A DNA stretch of 64,000 bases from Zygnema circumcarinatum SAG 698-1b (GCA_037447605.1 CM074815.1:2480001-2544000), one strand, 5' to 3'. Numbered from the stretch's first letter, positions 1 through 13,085 are shown. Translations and numbers: made by a program. The notes: generated by a model not told the origin, from the letters alone.

Positions 1-339
1 CTAAGTTTCTCTGCAATTGCTGCAATCAGTGTTGAAGCGGACTGATGGTAAAAATCCCCTGAATTCCGTGGTGATTGTTGAGTCGGGCTCCTTTGGGTAT
101 TAGACGCACACAAATTCTGACTGCCGTTACTCCATGATCGAAACTGCTTATCTCCTACGATCCTGTCAGGCCCACCAGTTTGGGATCGAGCCTGCGATGA
201 TGGATACGAATGTGATGCGTTCGGAGAGTTACCGCCTTTCCAATGTCGAACTTTTGGGGGAAGGCCGGGACTGCGACAGGACAAGGGACTGCCCTGAGGT
301 GGAGATGTCGGGGAGCATGAGCTTTTCCGACTGAACCGG

Positions 340-2751
340 TCATGAGGGCTTCCTGAGAAAGCTTCCGCCAATTGGGGACTTGTCGGAGCGGACGGGGGAG
401 ACGTTGGAAAATGGGGTACTTGTATCGATGAAAGTTCGCTTTGAGGGTTTCCAAGAGGAGATCTTGCGAGTAAAGTCGAGGCATGGGGAGACGGCGGTTT
501 CATGCTGTGAAGAGAGATTTTTGAACGTGTTTGTATGTCGCCTTGATGCTGCTTGTGAAATTGTGGGTAAGAGTTCCATGTCCCATTGCCAAGTCGCTGG
601 CTGCAGTGTCGTTGAATCCACGAATGAGCTGCAAGTAAAGGAGAACATCATGGGGAAATGTATGTCTTAGCAAACAGAAAAGAACAGAGAAAAGGGAGCA
701 GAACCTACTTTTCCTAACGCTGTTTAAAACTCTGCCCGAAATGACAACAGCTTGCGAATACACCAGGTTGGGTGCTTCGTTTTAAGCGCACAAGTGTACC
801 TTGAACCTCCTCTGGTGTTATCCTTTTTGTCGGATCTTTGCATAGCATTCGGCAGACGAGGTCTTTCGCCTGTGATGAAATGGCGCGCCACGGTCCCTTC
901 TCGATATCAAAAACTCCGGTTTGAATCTTCATAAAGATATCCTTTGTTGTTTCACCAAAGAATGGGGGAACCCCACAAAGGAGTGTGTAGAAGATCACTC
1001 CCAAACTCCACATGTCCGCCTCGAGTCCATACGAACAGTTTAGAACCTCTGGTGCTATGTAGTACCTGCATCAGCACCCGAGGTTAAGGGTCAGGAACCG
1101 AAACGTGCCAACGAGTAAAGGGAAAATCATCCATCATAATCTGCCTCTTAGGGCTCGCTCTCGCGCCCATACCCGTTTCCTCCCTTTCCTCTCGAAACTT
1201 CCTCCTCTCCCTGCTTCTTAGTCCCTCTCCCTTCTTCCGCAGCGTCTCTCTGCCCACCTTCGCTCTATTCCCTTCCTCTTCCTCTTCGTTGGCCCTCCTC
1301 CCCCTTTCCCCCTCCCTTCTCCTCCTTCCCCACTCCTTCTTCCCTCCCTCCTCTCTCTACTCACCCTCCATCTCCTTCATTTCCCCCCAGACAACAAGGA
1401 AAGCTGGCACTCACTGTGTCCCCACTGGCTTGGTGAGCTTCACGCCTTCCGTAATGTAGACCGCCTGCCCGAAGTCGACCACCTTGACGTCGACATGTGA
1501 GCGCGTGGAAGTGAGCAGAATGTTCTCGGGCTTCAGGTCGCGGTGCATTATGCCCTTCTTGCCGCAGAGGCGCAGAAAGGACGCGAGGGAGAAGCAAATC
1601 TGCGCCGCGTCCTCCTCCGGAAAGCTCGTCCGCTGCTTGATCCGCTCGAAGAGGTCGCCGCCCTCGCAGAGCTCCATCATGATGTGCACGTTCTGCTCTC
1701 CAAGGAAAACCGAGAGAGTTGAACACCGGGGGACGGGGTTAAGATGTAATGTAGATTTTTTACAAGAGAGTTATTTCTTAGTCGCGATCATAGTTGCACT
1801 ATTCGCGTTTTTCTGCTTTCTATGCGTGGGATGGGTGACTTTCGACGAATGGATACTTCGCGTAAAGTTCGTACCTTTGCACCCTCCCTAATTTGGATTT
1901 TCCCCACTACTATCTCATAACCAAGTTCAACACTCACAATTCACTTTTAAATTTAGAGGACTTGAAAGGAGTTTGAAATTTAAAGATTTTCCACCTTCGG
2001 GTTAAAGAGCTAGAATTGCAATTACTTTAAGGTTTATGGTCTTGAGAACATGGTAAAATGGCCGGAGTAACCTGGCACCAATACTGAGACTTTGAGTCAT
2101 ATACTTTGACTACAAGGGTAGGGACAATGGCGTCTCATGGACCTAATGCGAACTGACAAAGTGCCCGCTTAACAATGATGATGATTGAGGCCATGCTCAC
2201 GAGACTTGCTTGCTTGCTACTCTATATTTAGAATAAATTTCAGAGGTCTGAACTGGCCCATGTCGCTGTCCCCGAGAAAGCCCCCCTGCCCCTCCCTCCC
2301 TCACCTGCTCGTCCTCCACCACCCGCCGCATGCCGACCACCGCCGGATGGCCCTTCAGCGCCTCCAACACGCGCACCTCCGCGCGCACATTCTCGAGATC
2401 AGAGGCTGACGTCATGCGGCTCTTCGGCATCGTTTTGCACGCGAGGCGCTCGCCCGCATGCGCGTCCACGCACGAGCGCACCACGCCGGTGCGGCCCTCG
2501 CCCAGCTGCGGCCCGAAGCTGTACTGCTGTGCTACCGACCCGTACGGAATGCCGAGAATGTGGCGAGTCGAGATCGGACATGGCTGCTGCCCCGCACTGC
2601 CCGCCGGCTTTCTGCCTGGCTGCGACTCCGTCGCCATATGCGCGCTGCGCTCGTGAAACTCCAGCGGTCTCGACGCCCCGTCCAGCGCTGCATATGGCAG
2701 AGCCGAGCGTGCCGTGTGCACCTCCTGCAGGTGGCGGCGGGTCTCGTCCAT
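340..2751 (-). CDS. Ser/Thr kinase, CDPK superfamily, PEPRK-like (no EF hands), paralogue 1
   Basis: Exons 2751-2305, 1692-1415 and 1065-800 join in frame at GT/AG sites. They give LGEGRTGVV, ERLACK, VHIMMELCEGGDLF, HRDLKPENILL, DFGQA, GTQYYIAPE, DMWSLGV and KRITPEEV. The last exon (665-340) is tentative. ERLACK and the absence of EF hands resemble plant PEPC-related kinases. Confidence 0.88.
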
Positions 2752-2960
2752 GGCTGCCCTCCTCCTCCTCCTCTTCCTCCTCCTCCTCCTCCGTCTCCTC
2801 CTTCCCGCGTCCGCCCCTTCATCCGGCGAGGGAGGGAGCGCTCGTGCGGCAGCCGGCAGCGCCCTCCGCCGCTTTTTGAATGCCCGCCCTGCCGTGGCCG
2901 CCGCGCCGCCGGCTGACGTGGTCCGCCCGCACGTGCGATAATTGCCTTCTGCGGGGGGGG

Positions 2961-3093
2961 GTACAAACTGTACGGACCAACTCACGTGACCGTGGATGGC
3001 TGCAGCCCGTCGAACAGTGACCGTACGACGTACCATGTACGGCTAGTGTACGAATTATGTACGAATATGCAATTGGATGTACGGCAAATGTAC
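2961..3093. promoter_or_regulatory. Cluster of 9 GTAC cores (SBP/SPL-type sites) upstream of kinase 1
   Basis: GTAC at 2961, 2970, 3023, 3030, 3037, 3048, 3059, 3079 and 3090, mostly as TGTACG or CGTAC. Confidence 0.5.
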
Positions 3094-4068
3094 GGCCATG
3101 ACGAAACGAAAGGACCAGGTGTTTAGGGCGGCAGGGTCCGTCCAGCGGCCGCCACGCGGCGGCCGACCAGCGCGCCCGGGCGGGCGGATTGGGGGGGGGG
3201 GCGGGGGCAATGGAGGCGGGTGAGCGGGACACGTGGCGGCCTCAGAGCTCGTTTAAGGACCGGCGGATCCAGCGCTGCGATGGCGGCCTGGTATTCACGA
3301 TCTGGCAGCCACGTGGCAGGCTCCAGATTTTAAGATCGTGCATGAAATCTCAATTTTGTTCTCACGTGGTTTGTCGTGTTTGGGTCGTTCAAGGGACTCG
3401 GATTCTGATTGGGCGTTACTTCTCGGAATATCTAATATTTATGATTGTCGGCTAATCGTGCGGCAGAATTCTGATCTTTCGTGATCTTTCCGTCAAAACG
3501 ACAAAGTGGCGTTATAGATGACACGTAAAGGACACGTGCTTCTATCGTGACGGGGAGGGATTCGTGGGAGATAAATTCCGTACGCTATGTCGTGTAGCGG
3601 GCATGAAATGACTTCTGGCCTGACAGCGTGGCACGACCCCATAATTTGGCGCCACGTGGGCCACTGGACCGTCGCTTCCGGCCGGTCAACGGCGAGTGCG
3701 ATTCGCGGCGAACGTTTCCATGTGCATAGTCTCAAGAACGCTGTGGAACCCATGTGAGCGGTGAGAGGACCGTATGTTGGTTGTCTGAACCGCGATCATG
3801 GAACTGTTCGAACTGCGGGGACAGTGCACCGCGGCAAGTATGAACAGCACGTAGCAATGTTGAAATGTTGTTGTGGGGGGCAACTTGAGTTGTTGAACAA
3901 TGTTCCGCCTCTAGGCATGGTCGCTTTCGAGCATTTCCGACATTGCATATCTTCCTTTACATACCATTGGCTGCAAAGCGCAGGACAAGTGAAATGATGT
4001 GTCATATGGCACTCGCGATATGGTCAAAAGCAAAAAGTTCAACGCTGACTCACCACACTGTACAAAAC

Positions 4069-4270
4069 AAGCATGAAGAAGACAAAGGGATGTGGCATTA
4101 ATCTCACGATGGCGATGCCATCAAATGTAATGGACAAAATCAGCATGGGGAACCACGAGGAATTGGTCGCAAAGGACCTAAGGTCAACGGAAAAAACTCG
4201 GAGCGGAACGCTACGACTACTCGCAGTCGCAACAACGCTTCAAGCCCTCCTTCGAAGCAGCCGCAAAGGT
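4069..4270 (+). repeat. Dispersed repeat, homologous to 54895-55095 in inverted orientation
   Basis: Both loci share GGATGTGGCATT.ATCTCAC.ATGGCGATGCCATCAAATGTA..TGGACAAAATCAGCATGGGGAACCACGAGGAA.TGGTC.CAAAGGACCTAAGG. Confidence 0.85.
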
Positions 4271-4395
4271 CGCCGATGTGAGGCACATCGCGCGGAGGGA
4301 GGGAGCGGCGGAAGGCCAATCGGCACGGTCACATGAAGACATGGGTACAGGAATCAAGGATCATGAGTTTCAACAAAACTCGCAGTATTCAGAAA

Positions 4396-6473
4396 TCACG
4401 CCTCCGTTCCAGTTAACGGGTATTCCGCTATCCGTTTCCAGGTGGTCATGAGCTTGTCCTCTCCGTCCGTGAGGTACAGCGCGAAGCTGGACACCACAAA
4501 CTCCATGTCCACAACGACGTCCGAGTGGTCGCTTTTCACGGTCTCCTTCACGCGCTCCTTCTCGACCTCGCTGAGGTCCCCATAGAGGAGGCTGAGGTGC
4601 GGCATGTACCCTGCGCCAATACCAGCAAGCAGGCAGGCAAGGGATTTTAGGGGTTTTAGGACTTCCATTTTAGGGCAAGGGACAGGGGCAGGGCCCCCCT
4701 TCCCGTGTTAGCTTCCCGTAGAACACAAGCCAATGTGAAATTCTGAGACTCTGAGCACGTTCCTATGTTGCATTTGGAGTCACGGGTCTTACATCCGCAG
4801 GCAAAGACTTATTTTTTTTTTTACGAGGGGAAAAAGAAAGAAACTTGAACGAAGGAGGTTACAGGGCGGGCAAGAAGGCGGTGTTATTTCGTATGGGAAG
4901 GAACGATTCCAGAATTCTTGCCGGCCGGAAAAATGCCTCACCAGATGTGTTTGCAGGCGGAACCCCAAATGCTGCAGCTGCGCTCTGATTGGCCGCCATA
5001 ACCTGCAAGTTTCTAATCGCATATGTGAGCAAACGTAAGAAAACAAAAAAGTTGGTTTCAGGACCTTTTTGATGATTTGGTAACCTTCCGCTGACGAGGC
5101 AACAATAGTCAGTGGTTTGCAAGCTTGAAACGGGAGCAAAAGAAGGAGGTCAAAGGCCTCGAGACCTGTTAGGTTTATTTGGTGCTTTTGGCTTTTCTTT
5201 GGTTTCTTGGTTACTGTGAAGACGAAGGCTGGTTTGAAAGGTTTGCCAGTTTGGGGTTAACACTTGCATGGCTAGAATCGCAGAACATCATGAGCTTATG
5301 CAGTGACTTCAGTTTCCGCAAAAGCGAACGGGTTTCAAGGAACTACGGGCTTCAGATTTCCGGTCGTTCAACCGACCGTGACTATTGACTCCCTTTTTTA
5401 CTTTTTTTTTCAGCAGTTTGTTAGTTTAGACGGGTCTCAGGGCCAGGGCTGCTTATGGAGCTAGTGGTTTGAAGACTTTGGGTCAAGTTCCAAGACCCGG
5501 TAAATGATACACTTCAGTTAGTGGCTCACAAAATGAAGCACATCGCGGGGCTTCCAAGCATTTGAAGTCGTCACAACTTTAGGGTTTTTTGGATTTGTTG
5601 GACGACCTCTTCTGACGGAATGACGCGCAAGAAGACGCATTGGAAGTACGATGCCCCGCTGGCGACCTCCAGAATGCGACACGTGTACGGCTGCAGAGAG
5701 GTGCAGAGGGCGGCAGTGCGGGCGGCGGCCTCCTCCTCGCTGAGCCCTGCACATCACTCCTGGGCGCCCACTGCATCACTGCTGCATCCGTAACATCACT
5801 TTGGTGCAGCTTTCAACAGCATCCTGCGACTAGAGCCAGACTTCTCCGCACATTCTCCTCACTCATTGTTCTTAGTTTTCTTATTCTCATTACTCCTTTT
5901 TCGTATTGTTATGAGTAAGGAATTTTTAGGACTTCAAAACCATAATATTTTAAGAAAGTTTTAGGTTAAAAAAATACTCGTCCCAGAGTGCAGTGGCACC
6001 GATCAGGGCATTTTCCATTTTTTTCAGTCAAGTTGTTGAGTTTTTGTCGCCGTTTGAGCCTTGGTTTCAGTTTCTTCATGAAGCAGCGAGTTTACATTAA
6101 ATCCCCTTCGATTCCATTCCTTCAGATTCGTCGTTTAAAGTAAAGCATTGTTCAGACCCAAGCAACGGGAATGCCTTGGCTTCCTCTCGACCATCGCTTT
6201 CCCTGAGACTGCCAATGGCCAGACCCCATGCACCCTCGTCCATGCCGTGGCAGCGCCCCCCTTAAACCCTAAGGAGACGAAACCCTAAAGCCGCGGCCCT
6301 GAGCCCTGAGCTGCGAGCGCATCACCTCGGCCGGCTCCCCCCAGCACGGTCACGTGCGGCTCGAAGGGCGGCGCCGCGTGGCGCGCACTGAGCTCCGCGA
6401 CCAGCGCCTGCAGCCGCGCGCGCACCGCGCTCCCGGGGGGGGGCACCGCCCACACCGAGTACTGCGCCGCCAT
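4396..6473 (-). CDS. Cyclic nucleotide phosphodiesterase (2H phosphoesterase, plant CPDase / Appr>p family)
   Basis: Exons 6473-6326, 5746-5607, 5002-4942 and 4610-4396. The product contains YSVWAVP, both 2H motifs (PHVT, PHLS), YFQCVFL and LTDGEDKLMTTW, matching Arabidopsis CPDase. Confidence 0.93.
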
Positions 6474-7982
6474 GGCTCGCTTGCTCGCCCTCCCTCCCTC
6501 ACTTCCTCCCTCCCGCTTCCCCCGCTGTAAGGGATGGGGGAGGGGGGATGGGCATCTATGTATGCGCCACCTCTCCCCCGTTCCATGTCCCTGTTGCAGT
6601 TATTGTTCGGGAACTGTCGCATGGAGCGCTGGCACATGGGCCGATTTTCAAAGGTGCTGCGATCGACCGTCGGTTGAACAAGGGATCAAGGGAGCGGCAG
6701 TGCTGGATCAACGGCAGCCGTATCGTCACAGGACCAATCACAGGACTGCACGGCGGGAATGGGAAAGTTGACCTCCAGGCCAACATGATCAATCCAACCA
6801 GACCCATGATTGGTTGTGACGTGACAACGGGAACACACGTGGCAGTTGTTGATTGAGCCAGGAGGCGACCCTCGCGCTTCTTATTGGCCCATTCCGGTGC
6901 CGCTGTGGGCCGCACCGGCTCCTGCCGCGGACTGGCGTACCGCCACGTGTCCAATAAATCTGTTGTCTGGGTCTACCTGCTCCAGTCGTAATCGGGTCCA
7001 ACTTTAAAATCAATGTCGGTGGATGTTGTCCTTTCTGGAACGCAATCGCCTCTCATTGGGCCAATCATCACTATCACGAGCCAGGGGATTTCTGTTGTCC
7101 TTTTCCCCCAATATCTTGGAAAACTTGATTACGTGGCGTGTTGTGATTGGCCAGTCAACGATGCCAAGAAGGCAGAAAGTTGACTTCAGGTCTCGGAAAT
7201 CTCAGAGGATCCGCATTTTGACACGTGGAGTCTTATGAATGGGCCGTGAAGGCGCTGTACTTTTTGCTTTTTTAAGGTGGTGCCACCACGAGCCAATGGG
7301 GGACGGTATTCACACGTGCAGAAAAAGCCACTATTGCCACGCGTGTATCTCTGATTCGCGGGAAGGTTTGAGGGCGACAACGGACACCAGCCGGAGGGAG
7401 GGAGAGCGACAGTGAGAGAGGGAGAGGAGAGAAGGAGAGTGTGAGAGTGAGAGAGGGAGAGTGGGAAAGAAAGGGAGAGGGCGAGGGTGAGAAATAGAGA
7501 GAGAGAGAGGGGGGGAGTGAGAGTGAGGGAGAGAGAGAGTGAAAGAGAGGGAGAGAGAGGGAGACAGAAAGAGGTAGAAGCGGGAGTAGTCAAGGAGGGG
7601 ATGCGGTGGGAGAGGCCCGGACAGGGAGAGAGCGAGAGGGGAGAGAGAGGAGGGGAGGCGGAGTGCAGGATTGCCAGCTCGCCCCTTTGAAAGGTGAAGG
7701 AGAATCCTAGGATTGAAAACTGGAGGGCAAAGGAACGAAACGAAATATTGAATTTGATATCTGCGGAATAAGTAGTCTTAACTGCTGCATTCCTCCATGA
7801 TCTGTTAGTGCGCAATTCAATCAGTGGAACAACTCCTCGTCCTTTATTCGGAGGGAAGTGAAGTGACTTCCTCGAGCTTCGAGAATTGACTGGGACTTCA
7901 AAAAATCGAAGGGAAAGAAGCAGTCAGAGGAATAGGAATTAAAGAGAAGCGGTTCTCAAATTTAACAAGCTGCAATTCGAAG

Positions 7983-10900
7983 ATGGAACCTGCGAGGCCC
8001 AGCATTTTCATGCGCTATTTCCAGCACATCTTATTGGTCGGAGGGATTCTGCTGTTAGCTGGCTCGGCTGACGGAGACCCTTTGAAAAAAAGGGTGGAAT
8101 GTGCGCCCTCATGGATGACAGAATTCGACTGCGTGCACATAGAAATGGAAAGGTGCCACTTCTCTCCCTCCCTTTTTCATGCTTGAATGTTGTTGGGGGG
8201 TTTCGTATCGTGAGTGAATAGACTGAGAAGGGAAGCGGAAGAGAGGAGGGCGAGAGGGGCGAAGGGAGTGAGAGATAGTGGGAGAAAGTAAGGGACACGG
8301 GGGAATGGAGAACGGTGAACACGGGAGGGGGGAAGGAGTGAAGCAGAGTGAGGGAGTGAATAGGAGAGGGACGGAGAGCGAATGGAGAGGGAAGGAGTTC
8401 GAATGTATCCCCTACCTAAGAAAATGAGCTTGTCATACGTCAGCATCTTCGGCTTTAAAACTGTTCGACCGTGTCTCTACGTGTTTACTCCATCTAAAGA
8501 TGCCCAGTATAGACTCTCTAAGCCTTTCCCTTTCTGCCCTTTTACATGTGCGTTTCCATGCTGTGCTGCTCTCAGTTTGGAAAAGTCGAGCCTCCATTGG
8601 AAGTGGACCGACCGAGGGATCAACTTCGCCGCGATTGACGGCCGCCTCCATGGATGGCTCGGAATCTCGTTCTGTTCCGACTCCGTTCCACGCAACTGCA
8701 ACAGCAGCGACGCCGTCATCTTCCAGTGGGCCGCGGGGGCCGCTTTGAAGTACAAAACGTACAGCCTCGTGAGGGCGCAGACCGAGGGAGCCATCTTGCA
8801 GGATTCGAAAAAGTGAGGGCGGGACACGGCTAATAGTGGTGCTTTCTCACGTCTGTTTGTTGTGCTAGTTCATATGAATTGGGGTTCAGTTTCATGGAGT
8901 TCGCTGACTCCCTTAGAATTTTAACTTTGCCTTCAAGCAAGCCCTAAGTCCCATGTTTTCTTTGCCCTCTCACTTTGCTTTGACAGCTTCATCGTAAACG
9001 CATCATCAGAGACCCTCGGCGGTATCACAAGCATCCGGTATGAATCGCAAGCTCTGTTAAGCCCCTCCCCATCTTTCATTTTTTGGGGTCATGACCATTG
9101 TTGAAGCTTGGTCCTTCGGCTCGTTTTTTCCAAGGAAGGGCCAAGGTCGGCTATCACTAAACCAGTCGCCATAGAATAGCTGTCTCTTTCTTTTTCAGAT
9201 TTCAGCGTTTCTTTGGCGACGGAGACGTTCCGATTTCGCCCACGAAGGCGATTCACTTGCAATGGGCGAAAGCAGATGACGAAATGCCAAACCAAAACTT
9301 GTTCAACAGAGAATGGTAAAATCTCTTCGACTCGCACTTTCGGAAGTTGATGTAATCAGTTAATGCAGCATTTGTTTACACGTTTTGAATAGCGATTGCC
9401 ATATTCTGTTTCTTAACTTTACTACGTTTTCTCTAACTGTCAGAGCCAACTCCAATCTAGTCGTCAAGTCTAGCTGCTTCCTTCACGCCTTTTAATCAAC
9501 TTCTAACTCAATCTCAATCGAGCAAAGAAAATGCAGGGACAAAGTTACAATCCCCGTTTCCCTCGAGAACAGTACAGCAACCTCATCTTATGTGGAAGCC
9601 TTCACAACCATCTTCCGACGAATCACAGAGATCGGAACCGCTGCAAGAGTTGACCATTTTCCCAAGAGGGGATTGGTGAAGGGGCCCAACCAATTCGAAT
9701 CCTCCCACCGCCACGCTCGCACTGACACTGATTCGAACCTGCAAGCTTCCTCCCACCCTCACCTAGCAGTCCCGGCACCTTCCCCTCAACCCTCTCTCCC
9801 TCCCTACTACCTCTCCTCTCCTCTAGATGAGTCGATATGGGTCGGCAGAAACCTGCATCGGACAATCCATGCCATCCTTATGTGGAGCGCATTCACCGTG
9901 TTTCTTCCTCTCGGAGCTCTTGTCGCCCGGCATTGCCAAGACTCAAATGCATGCGTGTCTACATGGTTCCACTACCATTGGGTCACTCAGGTACGCCCCT
10001 CGCACACACTCACAATCACCACCTTTCCGGCATGCTTAGAAGCTCACCTTTAACCTGTATAACCCAGCAACTAACCCTACGCATTGTTAGAGTAGAGAAA
10101 AACAAAATCATCTGCCTGACATTCATGTAATGTTGGTGCAGCTTGTCGGATCGGCGGTCACCTTCATCGGCGCGGTCATCGCATTTGTGAAGTTCCGTGC
10201 GCTTCTGACCGTGCACGGCCTCCTCGGCGTCGCCGTTCTCGCCCTCCTCGCGGTGCAGCTCGGCCTCGGCGCGCTGCGGCCCCCCGTGGGGGGGAAGAGC
10301 AGGGCAACGTGGTACGGCCTCAAGCCTTCAAAAGCTTACCTCCTACTCAATTCGTTTAAGCCCATCTCAGATTTCGGAACATTCCAGGGAGTTCTTTTGA
10401 TTCGTTTGAATCGACGTAGTCGAACAGGTCAATGTGGTCCCTCGCATGTCTCTCTATATTTCCCCTTCGCTCTCTCTCTCTCTCTCCCCATCTCTAGTAT
10501 TGTATATTCTCTGTCCATTTTTCCGCTATCTTGCGACCCCTCGTTTTGGCTCGTTCCGTCCTTGCCCACTCGCTCACACTCCGTCCTTCCTCCTCTCCGC
10601 CCGTTGCCCTCTCCGCCATTTCCCCGCTCCCCCCCCCTTCCTCCTCTCTCTTTCTCCTCTCTCTCTCTCTCTCTTTCTCTCCATCTGTCTCCCCATTCCT
10701 CCCCTATTCCCTCTTTCCCATCCCGTCTCGCTCTACTCTCTCTCTCCCCCTCTCCCTCCATCCCCTTCCTGCATCTTCGTCGTCCTTTATCCTCCCTCCC
10801 TCTCCCTCTCCCTCTCTGTCTCGCTCTCTCTCTCTCTCTCCGTACGTGCAGGTCGGTTACGCACAAAACGGTGGGAATGCTCGTTCTTGTCTCAGGCCTC

Positions 10901-11456
10901 GTGAACGTGCAGTTTGGCTTGTGGCTGTACACCCACAAGGCAGGCATTTACTTGGGGGTGAGCCCCGAAGTCCCCTCACTTGCCGGGGCGGGAAGGAGAC
11001 GCGAATGCTTTGTTTGACATGATGTTAAATACCATCTGCTATTTCAAACTCTTCCCTTCGCATGAATAATTCCCTTGTCAGCAACCCCCTCCCCCATCCC
11101 CTCCCCCTCTAACTTCGGCGGCGCTGTGTTGGATGCAGTGGCTGTATTGGGCTGTTCTCGGCCAGATCGGCATTTTGATCATCATTTACATCCTTTTGGA
11201 AGGCAATCGATGCCGGAACGCGGAGATCGACGAGCCCCCGGAGCTTCCCGTCACGGCCAGCAAACCGGGGATCGCTTCCAGCGGCGGATTCCGATCAAGG
11301 AGCCAAAAATTTACTCCCGGAAATCGCCTCCGACCGCTTCCGATCACTCGGGAAATTCCCGTCCTCGTCACCGTGAGCCGGTCCCTCCGCGGGCAGCAGT
11401 ACTTGCGCACTCTCAGCCCGAGCCCCACTGGGTTCACCAAAGTTGACCTAAAATGA
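7983..11456 (+). CDS. DOMON + cytochrome b561 (CYBDOM) membrane protein with signal peptide
   Basis: Exons 7983-8152, 8576-8812, 8987-9037, 9199-9315, ~9537-9990 (internal structure uncertain), 10142-10311, 10852-10957 and 11139-11456. DOMON strands: LHWK, GWLGISF, SDAVI, F.R, LQWA. Four b561 histidines: IHAILMW, YHWVTQ, VHGLLG, THKTVG. Confidence 0.85.
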
Positions 11457-12399
11457 GCCATTTTTGCAGCCCATACTCACTTATGGGGCCGGAGTATCCT
11501 CCTACTTCTTGTACACTGAGGGTGAGTTGGGTGAGCGCTTTGCAGCAAAGCTCTCTTAAAAAATGCCTATAGTTCCAGAATTCTCTTAGGGTAGAGGTAG
11601 GTATTTCAGGTTCTTTGAATGTGAAGAACCTTTTGCGTAGATGACGGAACGACACCGTCTTTAAGTTGCCTTCAAAGTGTTCAATAGTTCGAGCCTTGAA
11701 GGTGGGCCAGTCGAGCAGCGTAACCACACAGAGAGATTAAAAAGCGGCGCATCGCTTTGAAAAATGAAGTATGTCGTGCAGCATCCTGCTGATGTTGCGC
11801 GCTCTTAAAGTTGGGGGTATTGGAGGTAGTAAGAGAGCCACAGGGAGCCATGGATGCTCGCGCTGATGTTGTCATCAGATGGTGCTTCATGTTGTGTACA
11901 GTCCTCGCGATTTCTTAACTTACATGAATACTTGGCATGCATGCATGCATGCGTGTCTTCAGACGGCCTTGAGATTGTGTCGTTCGTAGTCAGAGGAGGA
12001 TCTGCGTGGCTGGCAACCATTGAATCAACCATCTTCTTCAATAGTTGCTCAGGTCTCGAATCAATCAATGGTTGGCAGCTAGGGATGGCAGGTTGTACGG
12101 ATTTTGATATTTTTCGTTTTTTTTTTCAAGGGTAGTGCTAAATTCACACCTTTTTTGTCTAGATACAAACCTTTCTTCGCCGGGCAGATTTTAAAATAGG
12201 CGAAAAAGGATTAAAAACAGAAAATGCTCTTTTCACACCTTTTTGGAATCGATGCACACCTATTTCCTTCGGGCAGATTTTATTTTAACAATCCGCTCGG
12301 AGCGGAAGATCCGTCCGCCGCGAGATCGTTCGCGGGTGTCCGTCCTTTACACGTGTGGTGAATCTTCGCCGTCAATTCTCACGCAGATCTCACCACGGC

Positions 12400-12700
12400 A
12401 GATCACCGTTCGATCTGCAGCCGGGCTCGGTCTCAGCGAATTGCACGCGCCCACGTGTAGGAAAGCGAAATACCGTGCATTAAGAACCTGTCACGTGTAC
12501 TTTTGTATGACGTGACAAAAATGGTGATTGGTCCAGGCTCTCAATGTAAATGTACGGTATTTCGCCTTTCCTCGAAGCTGAGACCGTATGACTTCTGTAA
12601 GACTTCTGTAAGAAGTAAGAACCTTTGAACCGGCTTGGGTGGGACACGTGGGCACGTGCCATTCGCTGAGACCGAGCCCGACTCCAGATCGAACGGTGGT
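12400..12700. repeat. Imperfect ~300 bp palindrome (foldback/MITE-like)
   Basis: CCGGGCTCGGTCTCAGCGAATTGCACGCGCCCACGTGT (12421-12458) pairs with 12644-12680. AGGAAAGCGAAATACCGT pairs with ACGGTATTTCGCCTTTCCT near 12554-12572. Confidence 0.7.
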
Positions 12701-12972
12701 ACGGATCAAGGTACGGCTAGTACGGATGGCACATGTAGCGAAAAGAGTCGCCAGGCTGGCCATTAAATGACAGTGATATGACGTAACGCGACGTGACATG
12801 ACGAACATATCATGAGATTTTTAACAAAGTCTCGCATGACGTCACGTGTTGTCACCACTAATTAGTTCACGTCACGTCCAAAAGACTGCATTTCAAAACG
12901 AGCCAACGCCAAATTTTTCAACCCTAATTTCGGAACGCGTTAAAAATAAAAATTTAAAACGCCCATCGCGCT

Positions 12973-13085
12973 TGGCAACCATTAGCATCCAATAGTTGGC
13001 AACCATTAGCATCGAATGGCTGGCAACCATTCATATCCAATGGTTAGCAATCATAAACATCCAATGGTTGGCAACCATTGGCAAT
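12973..13085 (+). repeat. ~24 bp tandem repeat with GCAACCATT/CCAATGGTT core
   Basis: About five units of TGGCAACCATTAGCATCCAATAGT-like sequence. The same core recurs at 61617-62068. Confidence 0.8.

Noticed and set aside
2752-3036. 95-aa Arg-rich in-frame N-terminal extension of kinase 1
   Set aside because: The poly-Arg comes from a GGA repeat typical of 5'UTRs, and the upstream ATG lies within the GTAC promoter cluster.
3796-4005. Cys-rich ORF (CPALC...CRKC...CP) resembling a zinc finger
   Set aside because: It is short, has no splice context and adjoins a dispersed repeat. It is probably decayed TE or chance.
9315-9500. In-frame TGA (selenocysteine) if the CYBDOM exon were spliced to the AG at 9442-9443
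   Set aside because: That frame hits TAA shortly after. The acceptor at 9535-9536 gives TGG and a long open frame.
11434-11727. ORF with LDWPTFKARTIEHF, faintly like a retrotransposon gag
   Set aside because: The similarity is only a few residues, with no LTR, protease or RT nearby. It cannot be supported without an HMM search.
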